DNA of 64,000 bases from Xylographa opegraphella. Taxonomy: Eukaryota. Under the pieces are notes generated by a model. That model saw nothing but the letters and a program-made list of their open reading frames with translations. It did no database searches and was not told where the DNA came from. The stretch is from positions 310,001-374,000 of the forward strand of contig JALDZX010000010.1 in NCBI GenBank assembly GCA_022813865.1, given 5' to 3'. The position numbers and the translations under genes were made by a program. Below are positions 13,427-26,101 of this stretch, piece after piece; position 1 is the stretch's first letter, and each line of letters begins with the position of its first letter.

Positions 13427-13723
13427 AATTGCGTGTATTAAGATTACTGCGAAGAAGTACAAAGTCAGCTGGCTGCTTCACCGCAGAAGGCAAGGGAACA
13501 ATCGAAATCGTTGCCACACTACGAGGAACAACTTTTCCAAAGGGATGCGAACAGTAGTTAAGACTCACATTAATTATGTTACCCATCGACAAGTTCACCA
13601 TATGTTGATAAGTGGATAGAGTACAGGTGAACGATGGTTGATGATTGTCGTTGTTGTATTGTGGGTTAGAAGGGCGAAGGAGAGGCTTGCACTCCTAGGC
13701 GCGTGCGAAAGTACAGATAAAAA

Positions 13724-13731
13724 ACGCGAAA
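13724..13731 (+). promoter_or_regulatory. Candidate SCB/MCB-like element ACGCGAAA in the FKS1/GEL intergenic region; an ACGCGT is also present at 15090-15095
   Basis: Motif match only. The yeast FKS1 and GAS1 genes are G1/S (SBF/MBF) regulated. Confidence 0.3.
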
Positions 13732-15586
13732 GGCCCAATGCCTGACGGTGGTCAACTCTCGCTCGTGAGTGAACTGCTCTATGTAGAACCAGAACAGAGC
13801 TTGGTTTGTAGACGATGGCGAGGTGGGAGATGTAGATGTGGAAGTGAGGACAGTAGGACCTGAAACGAGAGTTGTTCAGGAGAAGTAGCGATTGCGCGGT
13901 TGCTCCGAGCTACAGAAACCTGGCTTCCCGGCGACCAGAAGGGCGGAGACAGCGACGCAGATATAATTCACAACCCCCTCGAGACCGTTGAGCGAGTGTG
14001 ATTTGATGCTGACCTGAACGACTGGACGACGCGCAGGAGCGATTGTGTACGGAGTACGGAGTAGAGAGGACCAAGATTTCAGAAAAGAGTCGTGGAGGCC
14101 GAGAGGAGTTTTGGGGGGAGAAGCTTTCAATAGGGGAGAGGTACGCAGGCCAGGTACGGTAATATTGCGCCGGGCCGGACTAGGACGCTTCGCTGATTTG
14201 CCGGACCACGTAATTTATCAGTGGCACACCCACCTCTCATCTCGAGCTTACAGGGGGCCCCACCGTGCTCCATACGGAGTACCGTCATGAGAGATTATTA
14301 TTATCGCCTGCTACTACTCCGTACTAACTTTCATTTCATGGCCATCCTGATGGATGTAGCGTCTCAACGCTCAAGGGCCCTTCCCTTCTGGATTGCTCGC
14401 TAATTACCTAGAAGGAACTCGAAGTACGTATGCGGACACCTTCGAACGGATGTGCGAAGGGCGGAGCAGTGGAATGCTGGTCTATGCCTCTGTCTGGATG
14501 ACCATCGCATGAACCGGACCGTCCATGAAATCCTGTATTTTCAGCGACGTCGCTACGATATTGTTGATCATACACATTCGTGGCCAGCCAGGGCTACCCA
14601 TGGCCAGCCGCCTATCTGGCTGCATAGCACGCCTCGACGTCAACGGCGACCCGGCGACCCAGCGACCCACGCACAGCAATTTGCCGGTAGACGATCCACC
14701 GGACCCGGGCATACAAAGTGCATGCTGCTTCAGGGCTGTTTCTATTAATGAAAAACGGAGTAACTGGCGACAGATAATGATCGACTGGCAATCTTCCCTC
14801 CATGACACCCTGATGGAACGCTATCGAGCGCGACAGTGAAGAATGCGATTGACGAGGCTCTAATTGAAGTAGTCTGCTGGAAGACACAAAAATAGACGGG
14901 CAGAAACTGCAAGGCAGGAGTGGCGACTCCAACCAATAGCTGGGCAGCGGAGCCCCGTCAGAGCCAAACCCGAGACACTAACCGTCTGTAACGGAAATGG
15001 CGCGACCAAGCATTGCTGACGCCCCTGGTAGGGAGAATTCTGACACGGAAAAGGGGCGGGGGAGAACTTTCGATGCCTGCTCGTTCGACACGCGTGGTAC
15101 GGAAGCGATGACTACTGTCAGAGCATGACATTAAGAAACAACGTGGATTATTGATATGGAGAATATCGTGAAGATGTGATAATATTCACAATTGAGCATT
15201 CTTCAAATGTAGAAGGCCCTTCATAGAAGTAACATAGAGTGGAGTTTTTTTGGGGGAATGGATTACGTGGCCAATCTCGATGAGGCAATCTAGCTAATCA
15301 TGCCATTTTTCGTATTGTTGCAGTGAGACTCGCCCATTATTCACCACCCTTCTTCTCCATCAATCATGCTCTTCTCGACTCTCCTTCACTTTTAAATCAT
15401 TTCTACGGCTCGGACATCAAGGCAGAGCGTTTGGTGCAACACCTTCGTTTCCAAAGACAAAAACATTCTCTCGGGCCCCGGACATTTGAGCTTGGCATCT
15501 CCTGTCAACAACGCAACCCAGCGCGTAACACTACATTTCCATCGACCTCACTTCACACACGTTATCTCACGCAAAGCCAACGCAAG

Positions 15587-17459
15587 ATGCTGGGACCTAG
15601 ACTTGCACACGTAGCCATCGCTACCGCAGCCACGCTCGTTTCTACGGTGATCGCTCAGACAACCTTGGATCCGATTGTTATCAAGGTTAGAAATGTGCTC
15701 CATACCTATGGACAACGGCTGCTTACTTGTGTTGCTATCCAGGGTTCCAAGTTCTTCTATAAGACCAACGGCACTGAATTGTGAGAGACACTGATGTGTA
15801 CATACGAAGCTTTGTAGGCTAATCCGATCTGTTCAGTTTCATCAAGGGGATTGCATACCAACGTTCGTACAATCCTTTACAATATACTCAACCGCCCTGC
15901 TAAAGCTTTCCAGAGGACGTTGGGGGCAATGGTACTGCAAACACAGATGTCAACTTTATGGACCCCTTGGCCGATACAAGCGGATGTTCACGAGATATTC
16001 CATACCTTCAACAACTACAAACAAATACCATTCGTGTATATGCGATCGACCCTACTCAGGACCATACCCAATGCATGCAGATGCTAGCAAACGCTGGAAT
16101 CTACGTAATCGCCGATTTATCGTCGCCAAATGCCTCCATTAATCGTGTCGATCCTGCGTGGACCACCGATCTCTACTCACGCTATACAAGTGTCGTCGAT
16201 GCATTGGCACCGTTCACCAATACGCTCGGTTTTTTCGCTGGTAATGAAGTCTCGAACAACATTAGCAATGTGAATGCCATTCCTTTTGTAAAAGCCGCGG
16301 TGCGAGACACGAAAGCGTACATTGCAGCAAAGAACTACCGAGCAATTGGGGTTGGGTACGCTGCCGATGACGACGCTACCATCCGAGCGCCTTTGGAAGA
16401 CTTTTTGAACTGTGGGCCAGCGGAGGATGCAGTCGACTTCTTTGGTTACAACATCTATTCGTGGTGTGGGCAGTCCACCTTCGAACTGTCTGGGTACGCA
16501 GACCGAACCGCAGAATTCTCCAACTACTCCGTACCAGCATTCTTCGCAGAATACGGATGTAATGTGCCCGAGCCTCGACTCTTTGACGAAACCCTTGCGC
16601 TGTATAGCTCTAACATGACAGGAGTATGGTCCGGTGGAATTGTGTACGATTATTTTCAAGAGACCAATGGCTTTGGTAAATTCATAATCTCGACTTCGGG
16701 CAAAGTTAACGCTAACATCACACAGGTCTCATTACTCTCACTGGAAATTCTGTCAGCGCTCTCCCCGACTTCACTGCACTTTCAACCCAGATTGCCAAGG
16801 TCACTCCGACTGGTGTAAACATGGCTTCGTATAATCCTACCAATACAGTCGCTCGTGCTTGTCCTGCTACTAGTGCCGCTTGGGACGCTGTTGCAAGCCC
16901 GCTTCCAGTCACTCCAAATGCGGAACTGTGTAGCTGCATGGTTCAAAATCTGACCTGTGTTGCGAAATCTGACATCAGTGATGCTACTATTGGAACTCTC
17001 TTCGCTGGTATCTGCAACCCCTTACTCAACGGCCCCAACATCTGTGCCGGTATTGCTGCCAACAGTACGACCGGTGCATATGGAGCCTATGGAATGTGCA
17101 GCGCAGTGGAGCAGCTATCTTGGGCGATGAACTCTTACTTCTTCGAGCAACAAGCTCAAAACAGTGCCAACACGGATGCTTGCGACTTTGGGGGTAATGC
17201 TACGACACAAACTCCCTCACTTCCAAGCTCGTGTAGTGCTCTGGCAAACCAAGCTGGCCAAGCGGGTACAGGGACTGTGACCAGCGCGCCAACTGGGACT
17301 GGATCATCCGGAGGCGGCGGCAGTGGCGGTGGTTCTTCCACAACAACCAGTAGTGCAGCAGGCGCTGCAACCGTGCCCAGCTTCGACTTTGGATTGCTGA
17401 AGCTTGGAGTCTACGTTTCCGTTGCAGCTATGGTTGGCGGTGGAATTGTTCTAATGTAA
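15587..17459 (+). CDS. GPI-anchored beta-1,3-glucanosyltransferase (GH72 + X8/CBM43; Gel/Gas family), 5 exons
   Basis: Signal peptide MLGPRLAHVAIATAATLVSTVIA, DPIVIKGSKFF, FFIKGIAYQ, NTIRVYAIDP, catalytic motifs FAGNEV and FAEYGC, a Cys-rich X8 domain, an S/T/G-rich linker and a hydrophobic GPI-signal tail. Confidence 0.96.
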
Positions 17460-17885
17460 AGACGTTTGTAGCATTGGTGTTCGCATGCTTTGAGGTTTAG
17501 GTAGGATATCAAGGGGAAAGGCCGTTTCTTGTCTTAGCACTAGACTGTACAAATTCGTAATCGTCTATTTTAGAGGTGCAGATCAATATTTGGGAACAGT
17601 TTCAGACACTCAACATGACAATCGTGAAATCCTCGTGTCAACCGTTGTAGCGGGAAACTTGTCATTACAGAATGCTGCGAACGCTGCAGTTACTCTCAAA
17701 CGTATCAACAACTGGTGACAACAATTCTCAGCAAATCCATTCGACTTTTACAACAATATGCTGACTAAGTTTTATTGGTTCGTGCTCTGGTTCAAGTCCG
17801 TAATTGAGTTTCCCGATCAACCAGTCCAATGTCAACATTGATTTTCAGGCTTAAAGAAGGCAGTGATCCAGCTACATCAGGATTC

Positions 17886-20060
17886 ATGGCAAGGCTGCAC
17901 GAAAGGAACGACAATGAAGATGAGCTGCCAGAGCTTTCACAAATACTAGTTTCAATCAGCCGGTCGCAACATGGAGTGCGAAATGATCTCTCTTCATCAA
18001 ATGAGCACCAAGGGCACACAAAAGAACAACTTAAATCATTATCACCGAGCAAAGGTTCGGCGATCAGATCTTTACGTACATCACCAATCCGAAGCAAACC
18101 TTCAAACAATGTGGAAACTTCCTCTGGCGATCAACAAGCAAGGATACAGAAGCCACTTCGCCTGGCGCACGTGAACTCCTTACTCTTGCCAACCTTCAGT
18201 GGACTATCGAGGCCTTCAGAAAAGCGAGACTTTGCTACAAAGCGATCACAACCAAAGAAGCACTTGAGAGACATCCATGGCCGAACTATGGCACAAAAGA
18301 TGGACTTCACGAACCTTGTGGCTGATTTACGGGACGCGTTGGATTTGACTGAGGATGATACTTCTTCTGAAAATTTGTCTGACTTCATTGTCAATGACTC
18401 TGCCAGTGAAACTGATATGGAACCACCACGATCCATCAAGAAGTATCGCAGCGGATCGCCTAGAAAGCCCCGAAGAAATCTAGAAAACAACAGAGCTTGG
18501 AACAAAGATAATAGGTCACGGAAACCAGACCCTATGCCTGTTACCATAGATCTGATTTCGCCTGATAAGAAGCCTGTCCTGTCTCAAAAATCCGTAAGTG
18601 GTCATGTAATGCATAAGATAAACGCAAGTCCGGATGATATAAACGACGTGGACCCCTTTTCCAATCTTCGATTGTTGGTGCTCCCTTAATCACTATATAG
18701 AAAGTGTGCTGAGTAGCTGCAGCTCACCTCCGAGATCAATATCACCAGTCAAGATGACAGAACGGGGGTGTCTCGTGACACCACCTTCCAGTCCATCGAA
18801 ACCCAAGTTACAATCGCCTACGAAGTCGAAACCACGTATACCGCCTTCGCCACATCGACCTAGCCTCGATGCGTTCTGGAGCCAAGATGTCATTAACGAC
18901 TGGAACGATCAGTACTCTCCGCAGAAAACTCCCAAGCTAAGACGTCTCTTCTCCGTGGACGAGGATGATGAAGGGGACATCTCCCCTTCCGGCTCTCCCC
19001 GTAAAAGCCCGTTGAAGAGTCCTGCCAAGAAAGACAAAGCGGCCATTGAACGCAAGAGGATATTCGACAAGGAGAAGCATGATCTAGCAACCAACTTCTT
19101 AGAAGAGCTTGACCGAACGGTAGCAAACGGTCAAGTGGTATCGCTGACCGCTGCCACTGGAGGTATACGCATTATTTGGAGTAAGAAGCTCAACTCGACC
19201 GCCGGACGTGCGAATTGGAAAAGAGAGCCGATCAGAACGAAGGATGCAGATGGCATCACCTCGAGCACAACTTACCGGCATCATGCGTTCATCGAACTTG
19301 CCGAGAAAGTCATCGACGATGAAGGTAAGTCCACTTAACCCTCCTTGCTCGCATGTTCGCTAACCCTGATGTTTGAGACCGTCTTCTCAATGTCCTAGCA
19401 CACGAATACTGTCACCTTGCCAACTTCATGATCAGCAATATCAAAAACAACCCACACGGCAAAGAGTTCAAAGAATGGTATATCCTTCTGCGCCCTCCCA
19501 ATCATTCTCTCCCCCTCACTAATCCGCTCCCAAGGGCCAAGAAAGTCTCGCACGCCTTCGCCGACCGCAACATCGTCGTCACCACCAAGCACACCTACGC
19601 CATCGCCTACAAGTACATCTGGGCCTGTACCCTCTGCGGCATAGAGTTCAAGCGCCACTCGAAAAGCATTCATCCTGTACGCCATACGTGCGGCAGCTGC
19701 AAGGGGAAGCTGGTGCAGATACAGCCCGCTCCGAGAGGGGGCAACGGCGAAGGTGGTAAGAAGGCCGTCAGTGGGTACCAGGCGTACGTGAAGGAGCATT
19801 ACGGCCGAGTGAAAAAAGCGAATGTCGGGATGGGCATGGGCGAGATTATGGTTGTGCTGGGGAAGGGCTACAGGGAGGAGAAGGAGAAGAGAGAGAGCGA
19901 GGCGGGCGGGACGGTTACGGAGGTGGTCGATGTGATTGAGATGGTTGGTGACGGTGGCGGCGGCAGTGATGCGGTGGAGCAGTCTCGGGCAGGGGCCGAT
20001 TTGGATACCGTCACCAGAAAGCTGGATTTCCTGAGCTTGAAGACAGGAGCAGCGGATTGA
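17886..20060 (+). CDS. GCNA/ACRC-like protein: disordered N-terminus, SprT zinc metalloprotease, Zn finger and HMG-box-like domain
   Basis: IIWSKKLNSTAGRA, spliced VLAHEYCHLA (HExxH), HGKEFKEW, CTLC...CGSC, SGYQAYVKEHYGRVKK. Introns at about 18674-18722, 19325-19377 and 19478-19534. An alternative start lies at 17829. Confidence 0.85.
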
Positions 20061-20693
20061 CTTTGCAATGTAGTAGTCATTACTCTCCGACCGACCGCGG
20101 CACGGGGTCTTCAGTAATTCAACGGTTCGTAAGAACGTCAGCTTGCTCTTCGTGCTCCCCTGACGTATGGACTCCACGTGCACTTTGGCCTCTTGCTGCA
20201 AATATGAGCTCGTCAGGGAACGTGAGGTGCGCCAGAATGGCATTTTTGAGTTTCCCTGGACAGGGATTAGTTGAGGAAATTTGATTCCGTGGAGTAGAAA
20301 TACAATGGGGTAGGCAAGTGGGGCTATGGAGCATTCGTGGGTGCTGTAACCCATGATGATATTATGAAAAGTATGTGGTGGTTGTAAAGGTCGATAAACC
20401 AAGCTTGAGAAGCCATATTCATGAAAGGCTCACGATAGTGATTGCATTCTGCCACAGATGGTAAACCAATCCAACCAGAGTTCCAGGTGATCTACACTTC
20501 AGAACCGTTTACATACCGGTCTTTAAGACACTACGAGACGGTCACCATTGCATAGAAGTGAAATCCAGTTTCACGATTCCATTAGTCCTGTTAGGAAAAG
20601 CAGATAAGCCCAGAAAATGACCGTACAAGCCCCCCGCCCACCTCCCAAGCCAGAACCCACCACATGATGCCCATAAATTCCCTTCGTCGTACC

Positions 20694-21485
20694 TTACTGG
20701 CCAAAGAGGCCAAAGTTCTTCAACCAAAGTGACGCCACGACAGCGTCCCGGATCGTCGCGCCTTCCTCCATCTTCCGGCCCAAGCGGCCATCCTCCATCT
20801 TGACCTCACGAGCGAGGTGTCCGTCGTGTGGGACGTTGATTGTGACGATCACGTCACACTTCTGGTCAGAAAGGCGGACCATAATCATGTAGATGCCTGT
20901 GAAGGCACCGGAAGCAGGGGAAGAGGCGGTTGCCGCAACGGGATGAGCTGTCGCTATCATCGTGTAGGCAGGAATGGCGGCACTGATTTTTTTAGTCGTG
21001 AGAGCTACGATGAGGGATCCATACATACTGGAGCTTGTGCATGGTTACCCGTTGAGTCTGATACAGGCGAATAGTATCACCGGAGCCGCCTGCGAGATCT
21101 TCGATGTGATACTTCATCGATTCCTCGTCTGTCGCGAAGCCATTCACGCGATCCAACAGTTCGACTACGATGCTGGTGGTCCCATTCGCGTCGACGTAGA
21201 CCTCTTGGTTGTCGGGGACTGGGCGGAGGTTACTATGGTTGGAGATTAGATGTGTCAGCCATCAAATCACTTTTGAAGAATAATATCCAAGCGCATCTTG
21301 CGGATTATGTACAGTCTAGAATGGAGTGGGCAGTGACTGCTGACTGTAGAGAAATTGGAGTAGTGTATCATCCAGGTCTGACCACAGCTATCATATATAG
21401 CAACATACCTCGCCTCGATAAAGCTATTAGGTACGGCCACCTGAATAGATCCATCGTACAGATCGATAACTTTGAAATTTGCCAT
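20694..21485 (-). CDS. MOG1: Ran guanine nucleotide release factor Mog1 (Mog1/PsbP fold), 2 exons
   Basis: LYDGSIQVAVPNSFIEAS/NLRPVPDNQEVYVD..SIVVELL, then MVRLSDQKCDVIVTINVP and the C-terminus KNFGLFG. Confidence 0.85.
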
Positions 21486-21992
21486 GGCTGAAACTGGGAT
21501 AGGTATTGACAATGAAGTTTGCTGTGCACGTAGGGAGTACAAGGTATGTGAATTGGTATATGGCAAGTCAACGGACACGATGGAGGTCTGATGAGCTTGC
21601 TGATTATGAGATGAAATATGATCAAGAGATGTTGATTTAAAGTGCTTAAGATCACGAAGAAAAGCCAGGGGAGCTAAAGAAAGTGCGTGGGCTAAGGCAC
21701 ATCAGACTAGCTCCAGGGAATGGTACGCTGGTATAAGCAGTGTAGCTCCGACCTAGCTCCCAGCACGTGTTTTTCCTATGCTTTACGCACGAGAGCATGC
21801 ATATAAAGGAGCCTAAGCGAGACTGTGCATGAGGTTGTCGAGAAAGTGGAATTCTTTTTTTCTACCACCAATTTGGGAATCGAATGGCGTTTTGCTTCTG
21901 CTGTACAAGGTAGCACAAAGCAGACTAACCGTCTTCGCAGTGGCTGCAAAGAGTAGGTTCGGCCGGCAAAGTCTCTATTGCTGCGCAGCGTC

Positions 21993-22499
21993 TTAAGTCT
22001 CTACTTCCATGGCAGTTCCTTCAGTAGCAAGAATTGTCGATTCCCTTTTTGTACTTTGTCCGTTATCAGTCTGAAGGCCAATGGCAGCTTCTGCCGCTTT
22101 CTGTGTATGAGGCTCTTCGCGTAGCATTCGTACTCTGCAACATGTCAGTTCCTGGGCTTTGGATCTCGCGTTTTCGCCTATGAGCGTATATAGCAACAAT
22201 CATTATTCCCAGACGAACCTTCTCTTGTGATTCTTTCCTCGGCGATGCTGCGACAAATTATATTCTCCCTCGAACCACTTCGCACATTCCACACAGTACC
22301 ACTGCCCCAGGCCCGGGAGATCCTCCGACGGCTTCGTTGTTTTGTGCTGGGCAAGATGTTTAGCTGATCGAAGGTCTGCGTGGATCTGATCAAGATCTCT
22401 ACTTTCTATTATCAGAATAGCCAGAAGAGAGCGCTGAGGGTGCTATTATCTGCCTTACCTTGTACGCCGCTTGGTCTTACTTCTTCTTATAGACCCCAT
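21993..22499 (-). CDS. BUD20: Bud20/ZNF593 C2H2 zinc-finger pre-60S factor, 3 exons
   Basis: Spliced translation MGSIRRSKTKRRTR/DLDQIHADL...DLPGLGQWYCVECAKWF...HRRGKNHKRR/VRMLREEPHTQKAAEAAIGL. Confidence 0.88.
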
Positions 22500-23156
22500 G
22501 GTGTAATGTGTAGTTGGGTTTGTTCGCAGTAGTGCCTAACGCTATGAAGGAAGAAGCCACACGGCCCGTCTTTAAGCCGTAGCGTAGAATGCTGGTTTTG
22601 AAAGAGTCTGTTTGACCTTGAATCGTCTTAATTATCTCGAGCAATGCCGGGCATTTTGACTCGATACTCTTGTTACTTCATGTGTGTGAATGATGCTCCA
22701 CTGCTACTACGGCTACGGTAGTAGATGGACTCCTATACTGTGTATGGGGTTGAACAGTGTGCAACACCGGGAACAATCATCGAGGGGTAGTTAGCATTTG
22801 CAAGATTTGGGGACGAGCAGCTCGACTATTGATTATTCCCGATCGTGAAATCGTAGGACACTTTCCCATCTTAACACCCGTAAACATGAATGGTCGATAT
22901 AAAATATGATTTCAGTATCTTAGCCAAAGGTAAAGGATTTGCATTATTGTATGGGAAGCCGCGGTCCTGGAGCGGCATGCCTTTTCCGAGGCAAAGCTTA
23001 CACGTGACTTGACGTCGCCCTTTGGGTTATCAACAGTCTCTACTAATTCCCCTCTCCTGCCACCCAGCCGACGGCACCAACTCTCCTCTTCCTATTAACA
23101 GTAGCATCCGAGTACGCTGAGAGCCTTCTCAAAGGTCGCGCAGAGGATTGGTCACC

Positions 23157-26101
23157 ATGATGATCTCTACAAGGCACCTTGCGCGTGCCGGCAAGCTGGT
23201 GAGTTCGTTCCTTACCTCCTCTTTATTGCACAGCATCCACGATGCGCTTACACGGCTTGACTGTCGACATGAGCATTAATGATACTGCTACACAAGGTAC
23301 TGATAGCTAATACTTCCTCACAGACGTCTGGCCTCCGAGTTGTATGTACCCGAGTCCTGCAAGATTCTTCGAATTAGGACAACATAAGATCATGGTATTG
23401 ACTATTGTTTAGCTTACTCGGACCCGGACGTTGGCGACTGTGACCGATGCTCCGCTCGACAAAAAGGTTGAGATGAGTAATTGGGAAAAGGTGTGTCCTC
23501 ATGACTACTCACTGAAGCATTCAGTCTTCCTGCCCCACGGAGCAATTATCCTTCGATACTAACAGATTTTTAGGGGAACTACATCAACTACAAGTATGCC
23601 CTTTCCCCTTTCAAGATGGTTGCAAGATCTCGTTCCCAGTCTTCGCTCTCCCAAATATGCTTCTGGAACGTGTTTCTGGAATGATATCGACAGTCTCATA
23701 AGGGTGGAACTGGGTGTAAACCATGCATGCTGACAGGTCAAAACACAGGAAGATGTCAGAAAATCTAGCCGTGGTACGATCTCGCTTGAATCGCCCCCTC
23801 ACCTATTCGGAGAAAATCCTATATTCCCATCTGGACGACCCACATGGACAAGAAATTGAGCGTGGGAAGTCGTATCTCCGACTTCGACCTGATCGTGTAG
23901 CTTGCCAAGATGCAACAGCACAGATGGCAATCCTCCAATTTATGTCTGCAGGCATGCCTTCTGTTGCCACTCCTACCACTGTGCACTGTGACCATTTGAT
24001 TGAGGCACAAATTGGTGGCGAGCAGGATCTGAAGCGCGCTCAAGATATCAACAAAGAGGTTTACGATTTCTTAGCGACATCTTGTGCCAAATACAACATC
24101 GGTTTCTGGAGGCCAGGATCAGGTATTATTCATCAGATCGTGCTAGAGAACTATGCATTCCCTGGTGGTCTCATGATTGGTACCGATTCCCATACTCCGA
24201 ATGCTGGTGGTCTCGGAATGGCCGCAATTGGCGTCGGAGGAGCAGATGCAGTCGATGTCATGGCCAATCTACCTTGGGAACTCAAGGCGCCCAAGGTCAT
24301 TGGAGTCAGACTGACCGGACAAATGTCAGGTTGGACTGCGCCCAAAGGTAGAAATCCTGCTATTATGCGATTGGGCATGTATCTGACAGGATGACAGATA
24401 TCATTCTCAAGGTCGCTGGTATTCTTACTGTCAAGGGAGGTACAGGCGCGATAGTGGAATACCATGGACCAGGTGTCAACTCGCTTTCTTCGACTGGCAT
24501 GGGCACTATCTGTAATATGGGTGCCGAGATCGGAGCTACCACGTCTCTTTTCCCTTTCAACGATAGTATGTATTCTTATCTGGAGGCCACCAAGCGCAAA
24601 CGCATCGGAGATTTTGCAAGAGAATATGCGGCAGAATTGAGGGAAGACGAAGGCGCAGAGTACGATGAGCTGATTGAGCTGAACCTTTCCGAGCTCGAGC
24701 CACATATAAATGGCCCGTTCACTCCTGACCTTGCAACCCCAATTTCCAAGTTCAAGGAAGCTGTGGCTACCAACAAATGGCCCGAAGAGCTAAAAGTTGG
24801 CCTGATCGGTTCTTGCACCAACTCTTCATACGAAGATATGTCCCGTGCTGCGTCAATCGCTCGCGATGCTCTGGATCATGGTATCAAGGCTAAGTCATTG
24901 TTTACGGTAACGCCTGGATCAGAGCAAATCCGTGCCACCATTGAACGCGATGGTCAACTAGAAACTCTGGAGGAATTCGGCGGAATGGTCTTAGCGAATG
25001 CATGCGGTCCCTGTATTGGGCAATGGGACCGCAAAGATGTGAAGAAGGGCGAGGCTAACTCAATCATCTCCTCTTACAACCGCAACTTCACTGGACGAAA
25101 TGACGCCAACCCAGCCACTCATTCGTTTGTCACGTCGCCGGATCTTGTAGTGGCAATGACTATTGCCGGTACCCTCAATTTTAACCCACTTACAGATACT
25201 GTGAAGGACAAGGATGGTAATGATTTCATGCTTTCTGCTCCAAGCGGGGCTGGACTACCAGCAAATGGGTACGACCCAGGCCGTGATACATATCAAGCTC
25301 CGCCTCAAGATAGATCACAAGTGTCAGTCGCTGTTTCGCCTACCAGTGACCGTTTACAAATCCTGGAACCTTTCCAGAAGTGGGATGGCAAGGACTACTT
25401 GGACATGCCAATCTTGATCAAAACAAAGGGCAAGACAACGACAGACCATATTTCAAGTATGTATCCCAGATCGACATACGACCTCTTCGGGCTAACTTCT
25501 ATTACAGTGGCTGGACCTTGGCTGAAATACCGGGGACATCTTGATAACATTTCCAACAACATGTTGATTGGCGCTATTAGCGCTGCCAACGGGGAAGCCA
25601 ACAAGGTCAAGAACGTCACCACAGGCGAATGGGGTGCAGTTCCTGCAACAGCTCGTGACTATAAGCAGAAGGGGATCAAGTGGATCGTTATTGGTGATTG
25701 GAACTATGGCGAAGGTAGTTCAAGAGAACACGCTGCTCTTGAACCTAGACATCTAGGAGGAGTCGCTATCATCACAAGGAGCTTTGCTCGCATTGTGAGT
25801 TTTCCGTCGAAAGACTGAACAGAATAACACTGATATTTTCCAGCACGAAACCAATCTGAAGAAGCAGGGGATGCTACCACTAACTTTTGAGGATCCGGCA
25901 GACTACGATAAGATCGATCCCGCAGATCGGGTTGATTTGATGTGCACCGAACTCGCTGTTGGGAAACCGATAACTCTGAAAGTTCACCCTAAGGATGGAT
26001 CACCCTTTGACGTCAAGCTTGTGCACACGTTCAATGAGGGCCAAATCGGATGGTTCAAACATGGTAGTGCTTTGAATATGATGGCTGAGCAGCACAAGTA
26101 A
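23157..26101 (+). CDS. ACO1: Mitochondrial aconitate hydratase, multi-exon with 18-nt and 20-nt microexons
   Basis: [69 protein letters not shown], and an N-terminal presequence. Confidence 0.98.

Noticed and set aside
14040..14940. Short ORFs between FKS1 and the GH72 gene
   Set aside because: No domain signal or coherent exon chain; interpreted as promoter DNA.
19395..20402. 335-aa minus-strand ORF
   Set aside because: It is the antisense shadow of the GC-rich 3' exons of the SprT gene and has no recognisable domain.
21232..21407. Possible twin intron or cassette exon inside the MOG1 intron (internal CTACAG)
   Set aside because: Using the internal acceptor shifts the frame or introduces TAG; the simple intron gives the expected protein.
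22697..22750. Two small hairpins (CTACTAC/GTAGTAG and CCTATAC/GTATGGG) between BUD20 and ACO1
   Set aside because: Stems are short and lack tRNA or snoRNA hallmarks, so they are compatible with chance.
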